From NCBI GenBank assembly GCA_963575745.1, contig CAUYUJ010000054.1, positions 1 through 64,000 on the forward strand: a stretch of DNA of 64,000 nucleotides, in the 5' to 3' direction. Positions 15,329 through 28,045 of this stretch are shown piece after piece. The position numbers and the translations under genes were made by a program. The notes beneath the pieces are model-generated. The model made no database searches. It saw only the letters and a program-made list of their open reading frames with translations, and was not told where the DNA came from. How positions within the stretch are numbered: position 1 is the first letter of the stretch; every line of letters begins with the position of its first letter. The DNA is from Prorocentrum cordatum. Lineage: Eukaryota.

Positions 15329-15808
15329 GTGACGATGATGATGATGGTGATGTTGATGCTGATGATGTTGCTGGTGATGATAATGATGATGATGATGTTG
15401 ACCTGATGATGAGGATGATGATGCTGATGTCGATGATGTTGACGATGGTAATGCTGCTGATGATGATGATGGTGATGGTGGTGATGATGATGCTGTCCCG
15501 ATGATGATGATGTTGGCGATGTTAATGATGATGGTGATGATGATGGCCATGGTGATGATGATGATGATGGTGCTTCGATGATGATGACGATGTTGGTGAT
15601 CATGATGATGTTGATGATGATGATATGATGATGTGTTGATTCGGATGATGATGAATCTGATGATGATGGTGGTGTCCCGATGGTGATTGTGATGATGAGG
15701 TTGATGATGATGATGCGGCTGATGATGATGGTGATGATGATGGTGTCCCGATGATGACGATGATGATGATGATGGTGATGATGATGCTGATGATGATGAC
15801 GACGATAA
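15298..15808. repeat. Degenerate (GAT)n
   Basis: Direct reading. Confidence 0.95.
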
Positions 15809-16812
15809 TGCGCGCGCGAATCCGACAATTTCTACCTGTTGCCGGAGATCTCAGCACGCTTGTGGCCCGTTGGGACAGCGAATTTTGGCCTTTTCGTCTT
15901 TCTGGCCGCTGGCATTCTCAGGCCTTTAGATGGCTCTGACTTGCCCCAAGACGGCTTCATGTGAGCCCACAAATCCTACAAAAAAGCCCAAGAGGGCCCC
16001 GACAAACCCCAAGAGTACCCACATACCCCTGTAAGGTCGAAGCTGGGCCCTCTTTCATGCCACTGCGCGCCCTCTACAGGACGACGAGGACAAATCCACC
16101 CGGTGTTCTTCCGGAAGCAAGGCCCCAAGATGCCCCCCCAAAGGCCTTCCAAAAGCATTTAAGAGTTTCTCCATGTGCTCCGCAGGGGCTCCTAAGACCG
16201 CCCCAAGAGACTCTCAAGAGGCATGCTAACAGCCCCACCGTGCCCAGCACCGGCCTCGCAAAAAAATGAAGGGAACTCCTTCGTGTTCTATCCAGTGATG
16301 GTTTCTCGTCGACACCGGCTGCACACGACGGCGGTGTTAAAATAGCTGCCCCCCCAGGCACCCCCCCGCAATCCTCACGGTCATCCAGGCGTATCCTCGC
16401 AATGCCATAGGATGGGCCAGCGGAGTGCGTGTGACGCTTGATCAGAGAATGGATGGATTCGAGTTGTGTTCGGGATTCGATTTTCTGCTGCGTATGGGGC
16501 CAACGGGACCAGGCGGACAGCGACGACGACGACGACGAGGGATTGTGGCGGGCCCCAGTACGTGGCGAGGCCCCAGGCCGTGTCGGACAGAAGCATGTAA
16601 TGGCCAGCAGGATGGCCACGCTTGCAGCCGCCCAGCACCTGGTTCGAAGGCCTCTCTGATGTCGGCGTCACCCCAACATGCTTTTACTACATGTGCGTCG
16701 CCCCCCAGGGGCGACGCGCGCACCGAGAGATCTTATAGTGTATGCGTCGTGGCGGGCGCTTTCTGGCCACACCGCTCGGGAAACGATATACTACAAGATG
16801 GGTGTACTATGT

Positions 16813-16975
16813 TCAGGAGGGGAAGAAACACACAGACACAATTAATCGTTGATTCCACAGAAAATATGGGAAAATAAGGGAAGTGGGGGGGAAGACAGAA
16901 ACCCAGAAAATTTGGGAAAATATGGGGAACCTTTTTATGTGTGTGTATTTATTTGCGTGTCCTGGGGCCCCTTCA
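16813..16975. mobile_element. About 163-bp SINE-like interspersed element, copy 1
   Basis: TCAGGAGGGGAAGAAACACACAGACAC...GGGGCCCCTTCA, flanked by a 5-bp TATGT duplication. Confidence 0.85.
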
Positions 16976-17384
16976 TATGTGTTCGGGTCGGACGCGCGCC
17001 TCCAAGGAGAACATATTAGTACTACTATGTCTCTGTGCGTCCCATGATGCTCTTCAGATGCGCCCAGAGTTCCCAATGTGCTTTCGAAAAGCGCCCAGGC
17101 GGCCCAAGACTGCCCCAGGTGGAAGTGAAGCAAGATGGCGTTCGAGTGGGCCAAGAAACCCTGGTTGGAATGGCCTCGAGGGCGACCGCGAGAGGCCCAA
17201 CGGTGCCCTCGGTATGCCAAAGATGGCTCTGGGAATGACCCGACGTGTCATTTCAGCCTTTCTGCTGGATTGCTTCTGGATGGCTTCTAAGACCTGTGGA
17301 TTCCGCGATTGAATATACGGTATGCCCGACGTGTCAGGCGACGTGCATGTCTATTGTCGGACATGTCGGACGGAGTACCCGCAG

Positions 17385-17492
17385 GATCTGGCATGTCGGA
17401 CGGCGAGTATATCTCCTTGGGTTTTCACGAGCGCGACGACCTGGCCACCGTGGTAGACTACCTGCGCGCATCGAGGAAGGTTACTTGCATAG
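17385..17492 (+). CDS. Alpha/beta hydrolase exon 2
   Basis: GSGMSDGEYISLGFHERDDLATVVDYLRASRKVTCIG. CAG|G acceptor, GC donor at 17493. Continues exon 1 in frame. Confidence 0.92.
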
Positions 17493-18885
17493 GCCAGCCA
17501 TGTTGCTTTCTTTTCTCCTGCGCAGTCTCTCCCGCTTTTCCTTGCTTTTCCTCCTCGCCTGTTCCCCCCATTTCGCATCCGCCCCCTCCGCCCCACCGAG
17601 AACGATTTCCTTTCCCTGCCCCTTGTCCTTTCCTTCCGCTCCCCTCCACTTCCCCATGCTGTGCCTCATCCAGTCAGTTATTCTGCCTACCCATTCTGAC
17701 GGTTCAAGGAACAAACTTTGCAACAACAGCGCCCGAACAAGAAAGACTCCCATTCCCCCCCTCCACCCCTCGGCCTCAACATTGGAAAGTACTGTGTTCA
17801 AGATGCTGGGTTCAAGATGTATCCGTTTCGCTGCTCCGAGGGCGGAGGCGGGTCATGCGATCGTAAAGTTGCTTCTCCCAATGGCATGTCGCACGCTATC
17901 TCCATTCCGTACCAGGTATTGTGCGGGCTTTACGGCCCGCGCCGCCCGCCCTGAAGGGGGAGCCCGAAGCGCTTGGGAGGCAAGGCGACGACGGGGACAC
18001 CTCCTCCTCCTCCTCCTCCTCCTCCTCCTCCCTCCTCCTCCTCCCTCCTCCTCCTCCTCCTCCTCCTCCTCCTCCTCCTCCTCCTTCTCCTCCTCCCTCC
18101 TCCTCCCCCCTCCTCCTCCTCCTCCTCCCCCCCCCGCTTCTCCCAGGGAGGAGTCGAGTCCTCCACGTGCTGTCCCTCGCGTGGGTCGGGGCCCCAATCG
18201 CTGACCCCCCTCTGGACAGTCTGCCGCCCACCAGAGGCCCGCCTCGCCGCTGCCCTCTCGGCCCCCACGCCCCCCGCGAGGGCCAGCAGCTGTTGGTGCT
18301 TGAGTCGGAGGTGGACAGACCTCCTACCTCCTACCTCCTCCTCCTCCTCCTCCTCCTCCTCCTCCCGTTTTCTCCTCCCGTCTCCTCCTCCTCCTCCTCC
18401 TCCTCCTCCTCCTCCTCCTCCCCGCCTCTCGTTTCGGAGGTGGATAGACCTCCTACCCTGACGCGTCGTTTGGGGAGTTGGCCGTTTTCGGTTCGCGAGA
18501 GGGCGTCGCGGCCGTTGTTTTTGCGGGTCCCGGTCCGTCGGTTTCGGTCCTGGGCTGTTTTCACTGAGGGGAGGCTTACTAAAGGGAGGTTTGTCCACCG
18601 CCGATTGAAGCAGAATCGGCTCAGGCCGCGTCGAGGGGGAAGTGAGGGGGGTCAGGCCTCCTCAGAATGCGGAGGGCCTCGGAGAAGGCTCAGGAAGCGC
18701 TCCTCGGAAATCTGGCGGGTCTTTTGAGCCTCCCGAGAAGGCCCGCCCCCCTTCTGCCTCTCCCCCTCGGCGCACCGCCAGTTCCTTTTCCCTGGGTCCC
18801 CGGCGATTCCCCGCTCTCTCTCTCTCTCTCTCTCTCAGTTCCTCCACCCTTCGAGATTGCACGCGTGTGCGCTAACTCCGTAATT

Positions 18886-19157
18886 TGAAGTCGGGCCTGT
18901 CCCTATACAGGGGGTCAAAAAATACGCCGGGGACCATGTTTGGCGTATTTTTGGGGCATCTGGTGAGCATTTTTTGGGGGTACTTCTCATTTCCTCGTCC
19001 AGGAGCCCCCTGTGGGGGGACAGGCCCGACCGAGCCGCAACTCCGTGACTCGGGGACTATTTTTTGCGCATTCGTGGGGCCTCTTGTGATCACTTTTGGG
19101 TCTCTTTCTTATCTCCTCGTCCAGGATCCCCCCTGTGGGGGGACGGGCCCGACCGAG
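18886..19157. mobile_element. Same MITE family, with duplicated right end
   Basis: TGAAGTCGGGCCTGTCCC at left. GGGACAGGCCCGACCGAG near 19017-19034 and again near 19140-19157. Flanks CCGTAATT/CCGCAACT. Confidence 0.7.
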
Positions 19158-19209
19158 CCGCACCTCCGTGACTCCGCACCTCCGAGACCCGGGCCGTGCG
19201 GCCCGGCAG

Positions 19210-19279
19210 GCCTCTGGGGCCGCTCCATGGGCGCGGCCACGGCGCTGCTGCACGCGGACAGGGACCCCTCCATCGCCGG
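19210..19279 (+). CDS. Alpha/beta hydrolase exon 3 (nucleophile elbow)
   Basis: GLWGRSMGAATALLHADRDPSIAG with the G-x-S-x-G catalytic Ser. CAG|G acceptor, GC donor at 19280. Confidence 0.93.
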
Positions 19280-19366
19280 GCCGCCCCGCGCCCCTGTTCG
19301 GAGCAGGGCGAGGGCGGGGGGGTCGCGGCCTCGGGGGCGGCAGAGGGGGGTGGGTGAGGACCAGGG

Positions 19367-20306
19367 CTAAGTCGGGCCCGTCCCCCCTACAGGAATATCT
19401 TCGACGAAAGATAAAAGAAATACCCCCCAAAGAGTCCAAACATAGACCAAACATGTTTTTTTTTTTTTTTGATTTTTTTGTTGGGGGGTATTTTGTGGGG
19501 CCTTTTTTTATTGAATCGCTTCGCTCATTCCGCTGGCCCATTTCGCATGACTGAGCCTCTTGGGGCCGCTGGGGGGCCTCTTCAGCGTCGCTTGGGGGCC
19601 TCCTGAGGGCCTCTTGGGGGCTTTTGGGGTCTCTCAGGGGCCTCTTGAGGCCTCCTGGGGGCTTCTTAAGGCCGAGGGCTCGAAGTTTTGTTTTGTGTTC
19701 CCCCTTTGGGCATGGCTTGGGGCCCTCTTGGGCCCCTCTTGGGCCGTCTTGGATGCCTCTGGGGCCGTCTTGGAGCCCTGTTGGGCCATCTTGGGGCCTT
19801 CTTGGGAGCTTCTTGGGCCCTCTTGGGGCGATCTTGGCAGCCTCTTGGGCCGTCTTGGGGCGTCGGGAAGCCGAAAAGATGGACACGCCCAAATCTGCCC
19901 AAAACCTAAGGAAAAGTAATGAATTTTGCCTCTTGGGGCCCTCTGGGGAGTGCTCATGGAGGCCTCTTGGGGCGTCTGGGGGCCATCTTGGGCGTCTTGG
20001 AACGATCGTGTGGCATCTCGGAGCACTCTTGAACCATCTTGGAGGGCTCTTGGCGGCCTCGTGGCCCTTCTTGGGGCTTTCTGGAGGGCCACGGGGGCGG
20101 CGCCCAGGAGGAAAACCATCTCTGACCCGACCCTGCCGGGGATCGCCCGGGGTACTTTTCGTCCGGGGACCCCCAGGGGCCGCCCCCGCGCGCGCGAAGT
20201 AGAAGTATTATTTAGCAGTTACCGGAGATCTTAGCACGCCTCTGGCCCGTTGGGCCGGCGAAATTTTCGCCGAAAGTCCCCCTGTAGGGGGACAAGCCCC
20301 ACCTAA
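19367..20306. mobile_element. Same MITE family with a nested periodic-repeat element
   Basis: CTAAGTCGGGCCCGTCCCCCCTACAGG..TTCGACGAAA at left; TTTTCGCCGAAAGTCCCCCTGTAGGGGGACAAGCCCCACCTAA at right. A TCTTGGGGCC-type array lies inside. Confidence 0.72.
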
Positions 20307-20804
20307 GACTAGATGGGGGTGGATGTCGTGGCGGGGGCCATGATCTTTCCCCGGATCTCACCGCGCCTCTTCTTGTCTCATCACTTCCCTGCCCCCCCCC
20401 CCTCTGGGCCGCGCACACGCCGCCGGCCATGATCTGCGCCCCCCCCCTCTCGGACGCCCCCCTCTTGGCCGCCCCCGAGCAGAGGGAGCGGGGGGCGGAC
20501 AGGTCGGGCGAGGCTGGAAGCGAGAGGAATGAAGACGGGCAGAGAGCGACGAGTCGGGGGAGGCAGCTGGTAGATACCTCGTTTTGCTCCCCCCCCCTCT
20601 CGGCCCTGGCCTCGGAGCTAGAAGAGGGCGATTGGAATGAGGGAGGGCGATAACGAGGGGAAACGGACGGGAGGAGGAGGAGGAGGAGGAGGAGGAGGAG
20701 GAGCAGGAGGAGGAGGAGGAGGAGGAGGAGGAGGAGGAGGAGGAGCAGGAGCAGGAGCAGAAGGAGCAGGAGCAGGAGCAGGAAGCGGATGAGGGCCGGG
20801 AGGG

Positions 20805-22095
20805 CCGTGCCCATTTTGGTTCAACTTCTCGTCGCCTCACGAGCTCTGTCTCCGGCGGGGGGCGGCCCGCGCGCTCCCCGTCGCGCGCGTGGCGTTGCAG
20901 CTTCTTCAGTGTTGACGCCCGGATGCGGTCCTTGGACCGTGGACGACAGCAGCAACCGCCAGAGCCCAGCTGGCGATGCCTGCGGCACCGAAGAAGGCGA
21001 AGCCTGCGACAAGCACGGCAGGCTGGGTGCGTCGGCGATCGAGTGTCGCCCCGACGGGGGCGGTTTGCGAGCTGCACCGGCTACCAGCGTCACCATGTGT
21101 CGCATGAGCGAGCTGTGGCTGCCTGGCGGCTACACAGGGGTCGACGTGCTCTTCGTGATCTCCGGGTACGCCGTCACAGGCTCTCTGCGCAGCCATCAAA
21201 CCAGCAGTGTATCAGATTTTCTCTGTGGCCTTAGTGCGCGACGGATTTGAATTTGACGCCTGCACTGTTGCTGGTGATCGAAGTCAGTGGGCTCATTTCG
21301 GCGCATACCGAGCCGCCCTATCTTCCCCATGCGGACGATTTTATTGTAGCTGCTGCGTGTGCTGTGTGCGGTGTCACCAATTTGTTCTTCGGACTCTTTC
21401 CGCAGCAGGACGACGGGGGTTATTGGGACCAGATGACGGGCGAAGACAGGACAGCCGCCAACCCGTACGTGCACACATGGTCTCTAGGGGTTGAGGGGCA
21501 ATATTGTCTCGTCATGTTTCTGTTCCTGATGCTGGTGCATGCTCGGCCTTGCGCTGCGTCGTGGTTGAACCCTCGCCCGGTGTGGCCCGCGCCTGCCGCC
21601 ACACTTGCAGCGTGAGCTGCGCTGTCGGTGTGCATCTGCTGGTGGATGACGCCCTGCCTGCGCGGTTCTGGGAGCTCGCCGCTGGCGCCACCATCGCCGA
21701 GGTGGAGGCGTCAGGCGGTTCTGCTGGCCCGCTGCCTGGGGATGCACGGCGGCTCTGGCGGCCCAGCTGATGGTGGTGGTGGTGGTGGTGCTGCTGCTGC
21801 GATAGAGCTTCTGGTTTGTCACGCCAGAGGCCATGGGCTTCCTCTTCCCTGGCGTCGTTCTCCCCGTCGCCAGCGCCGTCTGTTTCCTCGACGCGGGGGA
21901 GAGCGGCGAAAGCTTCCTGGATCACAGCGTGTTAGGCGGCACGGTGGCAGTGTACATCGGGAAGGTCTCTTACCCTCTCTATCCAGCTGCCTGCGGCAAG
22001 TCCCGCTACCTTGCCAGCCCAGACTTTGGGTGGCGACTGCTCGATGGGGCACGGGAGGCCGTCACGTGTGACACATTGTGCATCCAGGTTCGGTA
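20805..22095 (+). pseudogene. Intronless acyltransferase-3 (OafA/OatA-like O-acyltransferase) retro-pseudogene with degenerate spliced leader
   Basis: Motifs WLPGGYTGVDVLFVISGY, ARRI..LTPALL, NPYVHTWSLGVEGQY and VYIGKVSYPLY occur in shifted frames. CCGTGCCCATTTTGGTTCAAC at 20805-20825 is a 17/21 match to the SL. Confidence 0.85.
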
Positions 22096-22102
22096 GAGCC
22101 GT

Positions 22103-22954
22103 AATGAGGATGATGATGGTTATGAGGATGATGGGGATGATGACAATGACGATGATCGGTGATGATGACGATGCTGATCGATGGTGGCGATGATGACGAT
22201 GATGATAAAGAGGAGGATGCGGAGGATGAGGAGGAGGCCGATGATGGTGGTTCTGGTGTTGGTGCTGGTTCTGGTGCTCGTGGTGTTGGTGCTGGTGTTG
22301 GTGGTGCTAGTGGTGGTGATGATGACAAATGATGATGGGTCTGATGCTGCTGCTGATGAGGATGATGATCATGATGGTGGTGATGATGATGATGCTGGTT
22401 CTGGTGCTCGTGCTCGTGGTGTTGGTGCTGGTGTTGGTGGTGGTAGTGGTGGTGATGATGATGAATGATGATGATGATGATGATGATCATGGGTCTGCTG
22501 CTGCTGCTGCTTCTGATGATGATGATAATGGTGGTGGTGATGATGATGATGCTGCTGATGATGATGACGATGACGATGGCAATGACGATGACGATGATGA
22601 TGGTGCTGCTGATGATGCTGACGATGATGATGCTGCGGATGGTGATGATGATCCTGCTGATGATTATGCTGCTGATGATGATGATGATGATGATGGTGAT
22701 GGTGATGGTGATGATGATACTGAGAATGCTGATGTTGATGATGCTGCCGCTGATGCTGATGATGATGCTGCTGATGATGATGCTGATGATAATGACGAGA
22801 ATGATGATGATGATGATGATGATGATGCTGATGATAATGCTGATGCTGATGATGCTGATGTTGCTGTTGATGATTATGTTGAGGATGATGATTATGGTGA
22901 TGCTGCTGCTGGTGATGATAATGCTGATGCTGCTGCTGCTGCTTCTGCTGCTGC

Positions 22955-23000
<46 letters not shown>
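22103..23000. repeat. Degenerate (GAT/GCT/GGT)n
   Basis: Direct reading. Confidence 0.95.
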
Positions 23001-23002
<2 letters not shown>

Positions 23003-26000
23003 GACTTGTCCTGCGAACGTGTAGGGGTGCAGCAAAGAGTCCGTTCTACTTCGCTCAACCCTTTCAACTTCTTGGAGCAGCTGTCTTCTATGCGCCCAAG
23101 TCAACCGCGCATCCCTTCCTGGCTGTTGGTCTGCGCCTGGGGCGCGCTGGATGCCGTTTGGCCTGGCCTGGTGCGCGGCGGCGGAGGGGGCCCCCCAGGC
23201 GAGCCTCCGTCCACGGCCCTTGCAGCCGAGGCCGCCTTTCGCGAAGCTGAGCGGGCCGCGTCGTACGCCCGCAACCTCTCAGGCCGCCCCGAGGACCTCT
23301 CGCGGCTGCACGCAGAGGTGGCGGCGCTCGCGTGGCACTTGCAGGAGCTCCGCAGGGACCAGGCGCAGCAACACACCGACGCGGACTCATTCCACGTGCA
23401 CTCGATAGGGCTGGTGCTGACAGGCATCTTGACACAGATCGTGAGTGTGATCAGCCTCTGTCGTTTCCGTCATGGTGCTGCTTCCTCGACTGCAGCTTTA
23501 CCAAGCGGAGGGGAGCGCCGCCGTGGCGGCGGAGTTCTTCAATGTGTTGTTGCCAGGCCGCATCGCCACCTTCCATTACGGGGGCGGCCGCGGCATTTGG
23601 CACGAGCGGGTCTTGATCTGGCCCGCAGACGCCCAACTGTCTCCCACGCGATGGGCGATTGTGACACCCGATGGCGACGTGTACGGGGAGGAGATCGCCA
23701 GCGAGGCCGACGGGGATGGGCCCGACATAGCGTCGCAGCGCCTACCCGACGGAGGCCGAGTTGCTCGACATGGTTCGCACCGCGAGGCGCGAGGCACGGG
23801 CGGCTGGCCTCAGTGTGTCGCAGCCCCCGTACTTCGTGCAGAGCGGAGACGTCCTCGGCGGCGCCTCCACGGTCAGCTTCGGTGAGGTGCCAGGCTTCTA
23901 CCGCCGCCTGGGCTGCAAGGGTCCCGCTGCCCGGCTGTGGGCCCTGGTGACGGCCCCAGCGCCCCTGCCACCGCCGGTGGCCGCGCCACCAGGCCTGGGC
24001 GAGAACGCCGGGGACGGGGAGCCTCTGGACGTTGGGGGGGCCGCCGCGCCCGTGCCAGACCCTGCAGGCGCCCGCGTGCTCGTGAGCGCGGAGGCGTCGG
24101 CCCCTGGTTTGGCTTGGGTCTGCTGCAAGCCGTGCCGAACGAAATCCAGCGGGGCGACGAGATCTCGCTGGCTCCAGGCGACATCATCTGGTGCGAGAGC
24201 GGTCCACGCAGCACGCCGTGTGGCTTCGTCGTGTCGATGGAGCTGGTGCCGACGCCGATCGGGGCGCATCGTGCTGGCGACGAGGAAGATGACGCGCGTC
24301 TGCTGGGCCCTCGGATGCGGAGTCGCGACGGTCGTCGCGATCGAGACTCTCGAGATTCGGTCGGCCAGATGCGCCGGGACGTCCTCGATGACTTCCCCTT
24401 GTCGGGCGGGCGCAGCTGCGCGTGGCTGTGCGAGCACATCCTGGAGCATGGGGGTACTCCTGACGGCCGCCAAACCAAGTGGATGAGTGAGAGCGGCTGC
24501 ACCAAGGACTTCGGCTGCCGCGCACATCCATGACTTCTTGGGGCTGTCGATCGAGCTCGCGCAGACCTGCGACCAGGTCGACGGCTCGAACCTGGCGCGC
24601 CTGGAGGTGATCGCTCGCGCGAGCCAGCTGGTTGACATCATTCAGGTCGAGTTTGTCGAGCGCTACATCGGCCGCTCGAAGCAGAGCGCTCGCCGCGGAG
24701 TTGCCGCGGCGCCTGGGCTCGCCAAGCACGCCGCGTAGCAGATCGCCAAGGAGATCGACATCCAAAGGCAGTAGCGGAAGGCGCGCGAGGAGGAGCGCCG
24801 CCGCTGGCAGGAAGGGACAGGGGTGACCTGGAGTCGGCGGACGGGAGGTGGCTCGGCCTGTCCGCCGTTTCGTGAGAGCCAGTTCTGTTGACCTGGCTCA
24901 GGTGATTCTCCTGGTGGCGGGGTGCTTCCTTTCGCTGCCCCTGCCGCGCCAGTCTCCCCGCGCCCTCTGCGCGGGCTATCCCGTTCGGTTCAGGCTCGCA
25001 CCCATCGCGGTGAGGCTGTCGAGGAGCGTGCTCGGGGCACCGCGGGGTGTCTCAGCGCGCTCGATGGCTAAACCGCGCCGCAGTGCACGCCGGGGCGCCC
25101 CTCAGACGTGGGCGACTAGCCGCGACGTCGAGCGCGCGCTGGGCCACTGCACCTTCGCGGCGCTCTGCCGCCGCGAGAGCCCGGGCTGTTTCAGCGCCGT
25201 CGTGCTCGGCCGCTGTGGGCGTCAGCGCGGCAGGAGCTGAAGATCTCCCGCGGCGTCTCCATCGCGCTGAGCTCGCAGATGGACGCCCCGTGGTCCTCCA
25301 TGGTGATCGTGGCTGGGGAAAGAGGCGCGTTGTCTCGGGGGGTGATTTGGAATTTGCTCTCGCACTCTCGAACAGTCGTTGCCGTGATATTTAATCGGCC
25401 AATATGCTTCGCAGAGGGGCCGCCCTCGCGTTTGCCGCGGGCTCTCGGGGCCAGAGGCGACGGGCGCCCAGCGAGCTGGGCGGCGCCGACGGCGCCAGCC
25501 GTGCCCGCGAGCGTGCTGACGGATAACGTGCGCGCGCCGCCGACTGGCGAGCGCTGGCTGCGCGGGGCCGCCAGCTGCGGCCCCGCCGCGGCGCTAGCGA
25601 CCGCCCGCAGGCTGGCGCGGGCGCCCCGGGGCGCTGCCCCCCAGCTGCCTTTGCGGCCCCAGCTCAGCCGTCGCCGACGGCTGCTCGGGCCCCGGCTTTG
25701 GCGCGAGTCTCGGCCCAGGTTGCGACCCCCGGGCCGCGGGCCGCCCGGGCCCGCCTGGCCCGAGCCGCGGGCCCGCAGCTGGCGCACTTGGCGGAGCGGC
25801 CGTTCTCACCGCGCTTTGCGCCGCCCAGCGCGTCTTCAAACCCCCCTGCGGAGTTGCCGAGGTATGCGCGGCGCCGCCTGGAGGCTGGAGAGGAGACGCG
25901 GGGCGCCGGCCGCCAGCTCTCCATCGCGGAGGCCGCCGCCGCGGGGAAGCGCAGCCGCCGCCGGTGCCGCGGCGCGCGGGAGCAGTTCCTGGCAGCCACC

Positions 26001-28045
26001 AAGCTGGGGGCGCTGGGAGTGGCCGCGCCCATGCTGGACGCCTCTGCGGCGAGGTTCTTCGACGAGCTGTGCCTGGCGGGAAGGTCGCCGCGACGGGCGA
26101 GAAGCTGATTGGCGCCGTCGCCGCGTGCGTGCCCGACCACCGGGGCAAGGGCCGCCCGGCGCCCCCTCGAGCCCATCGCGCGCAACGGGGCTGGAGGATG
26201 CCGCGGCCGTCGCGGACGCACCGCCCGCTGCCTTGGGCGGCCTGCGCGGGCGTGGCTCGGCGGCTGTGGCAGCTCAGTGGCAAGGTGGAGATGCCTCTCT
26301 GTTGGTTGCTGATGGTGGGCACTTACAGGTGAAGCGGACCTTCGACAGCGCAGCGGTCTCCCTCGGACACGAGGGCCTGCGCCCCGCGCCGTGCATGGCG
26401 CGGCGCAGCGGGGCCTTGATCGACGGGCTCACGGGGCGGATCTCGCTGCTGGAGGTCCAGCGCCGCGGCGAGTGGAGGCAGCCCGCGCCCGCGCGCCTCT
26501 GCGAGAAGCGCGGCCTGACCCAGGCAGCGTGGACCCAGATGGCTTCTCGGTCGGGGGGGGGGCCGCCTGCGCGCCGTGGCCGGGCTGCCCGCGCTGCTAG
26601 GCGCAGGCTGAGTGAGAGGTTCCGCCTGCTTCATCCAGAGCAAAAGGAGCCCGTTTCTTTATTGCTGGGGGCACTGCGGGCGCCGTGGCCCCCGCTCTTA
26701 TGAAGTGGCGCTTCCCCCCGGCGCGCTCCCTGCACTGCCGCCGTGCGCATTGGGATCCGCGTAGGTGTCCGCGCAGGCGTCCGCATAGGTGTCTGGTCCG
26801 CATCGTCGTCGTCGTCGCCGTCGTCGGACGCGGCCGGAGCGTGTTTTTATTCCAGGCCGATGACTGCAATCATTTACGGGGGTGAAGGGGCCAGGAAACA
26901 CTTCGATGGAAAAGAAGTGGCCGGCTTAGCCGGACAGTTGTTTTTCATCGAAGTGTTCTCGGGATCAGAGAATTTCTCGACCCCCCTCAGGAAAAAAAAA
27001 AACCTGGTTTCTGTGTGTTTACCTTCGATGTTTTGCAGGGTCCGCCAGGCGACCTTTTTCGGCCTTGTATATTGCGTCGGGCCTTGCGCAAGATCAAGAC
27101 TGACAAGTGTCCCGGGCTTCTCGCAGGGGCCCCATGCGGGAGTTTCTCTACTGCTTGTGGTGGCCACAGCGCCGTCCGTAGCGTTGACCATCCCCGTGGC
27201 CCCCCTTTTCTCCCCCCTCTTGTGCAGTCTGTAGTTGACGAGGGAAATCGAATTCTACAGGTGTCTATTCAGATATTGGAGTTTGTCGGCAGATGCGTGT
27301 TTTTTTGGTGGGGGAAACCTCAGTCATCCTACATGTAGGTACCAGGTTTCGTGTCTGCCTTTTGCCTCGGGCCTGCGATTTGTCAAAGCGTCGTCGACCT
27401 CTCCGAAGGATATGGACTTTCACAAGTAGGAAACACGATATCCTCCAGGGCCGGAATGGCCTCGGTGTTCACTGGACAGCTCGCATTGCCACCCATCCCA
27501 GGACACTGTGCAATGCGATGGCCGACGTGTTCATTGATGCCGCTTTTGATATCGTTTTCAAACAAAGTCTACACTCGTTCTTTTCTCGCCTTTCCCATCT
27601 CGACGAATGACGTGCGTAACATAACCGTTTGCGACCTTTGCATGCTTCGAAGTTTGGCAATGCTGGTTTCAGTTGTATCGTTTCGATCGCTGCCGTCGCC
27701 AGCATCGTTGTTCGATTGGGTCTCACACGCCATATGTGGATGACAGATATCACAGTTCAGAAAATCAAGGACGGGGAACGTCCGACTTGTCCTGCGAAGG
27801 TGTGGGGGGTGCAGCACAGAGTCCGTTCTATTTCGCTCAAGCCTCCCGCCTATTCTCTCTGATGAACAGAAGCCCGTCCCTGCTCACGGCGGACCGCAAA
27901 TACAGTCTTGATCGGTAATGTTGTTGGTTTCAGCTTTGTCGTTTCGATTACTGCCGTCCCCAGCATCGCTGCTCGATTGGGTCTTACACACCACATGCGG
28001 ATGACACATATCACAGTGCTGAAAATTAAGGACGGGTGGGGAACC
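23003..28045 (+). mobile_element. Decayed tyrosine-recombinase retrotransposon (Ngaro/PAT-like split direct repeats) carrying a C5-DNA methyltransferase
   Basis: A1 23003-23062 resembles A2 27784-27844; B1 about 27659-27779 resembles B2 about 27917-28045. Gag-like WHERVLIW..TPDGDVY and DQVDGSNLARLEVIAR. RT/RNase H remnants LGHCTFAALCRR and VLTDN. YR C-terminal remnant RRSGA..SLLEVQRRGEW..RLCEK. Confidence 0.82.
26941..27560 (+). pseudogene. C5-cytosine methyltransferase-like domain (frameshifted) inside YR element 1
   Basis: FFIEVFSGS (motif I), GAPCGSFS (motif IV PC), GKPQSS (eroded ENP motif VI), HPRTLCNAMA (C-terminal motif). Confidence 0.72.

Noticed and set aside
16380..16500. Transposase-like peptide TQLESIHSLIKRH on the minus strand
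   Set aside because: A single weak motif with no supporting domain or termini.
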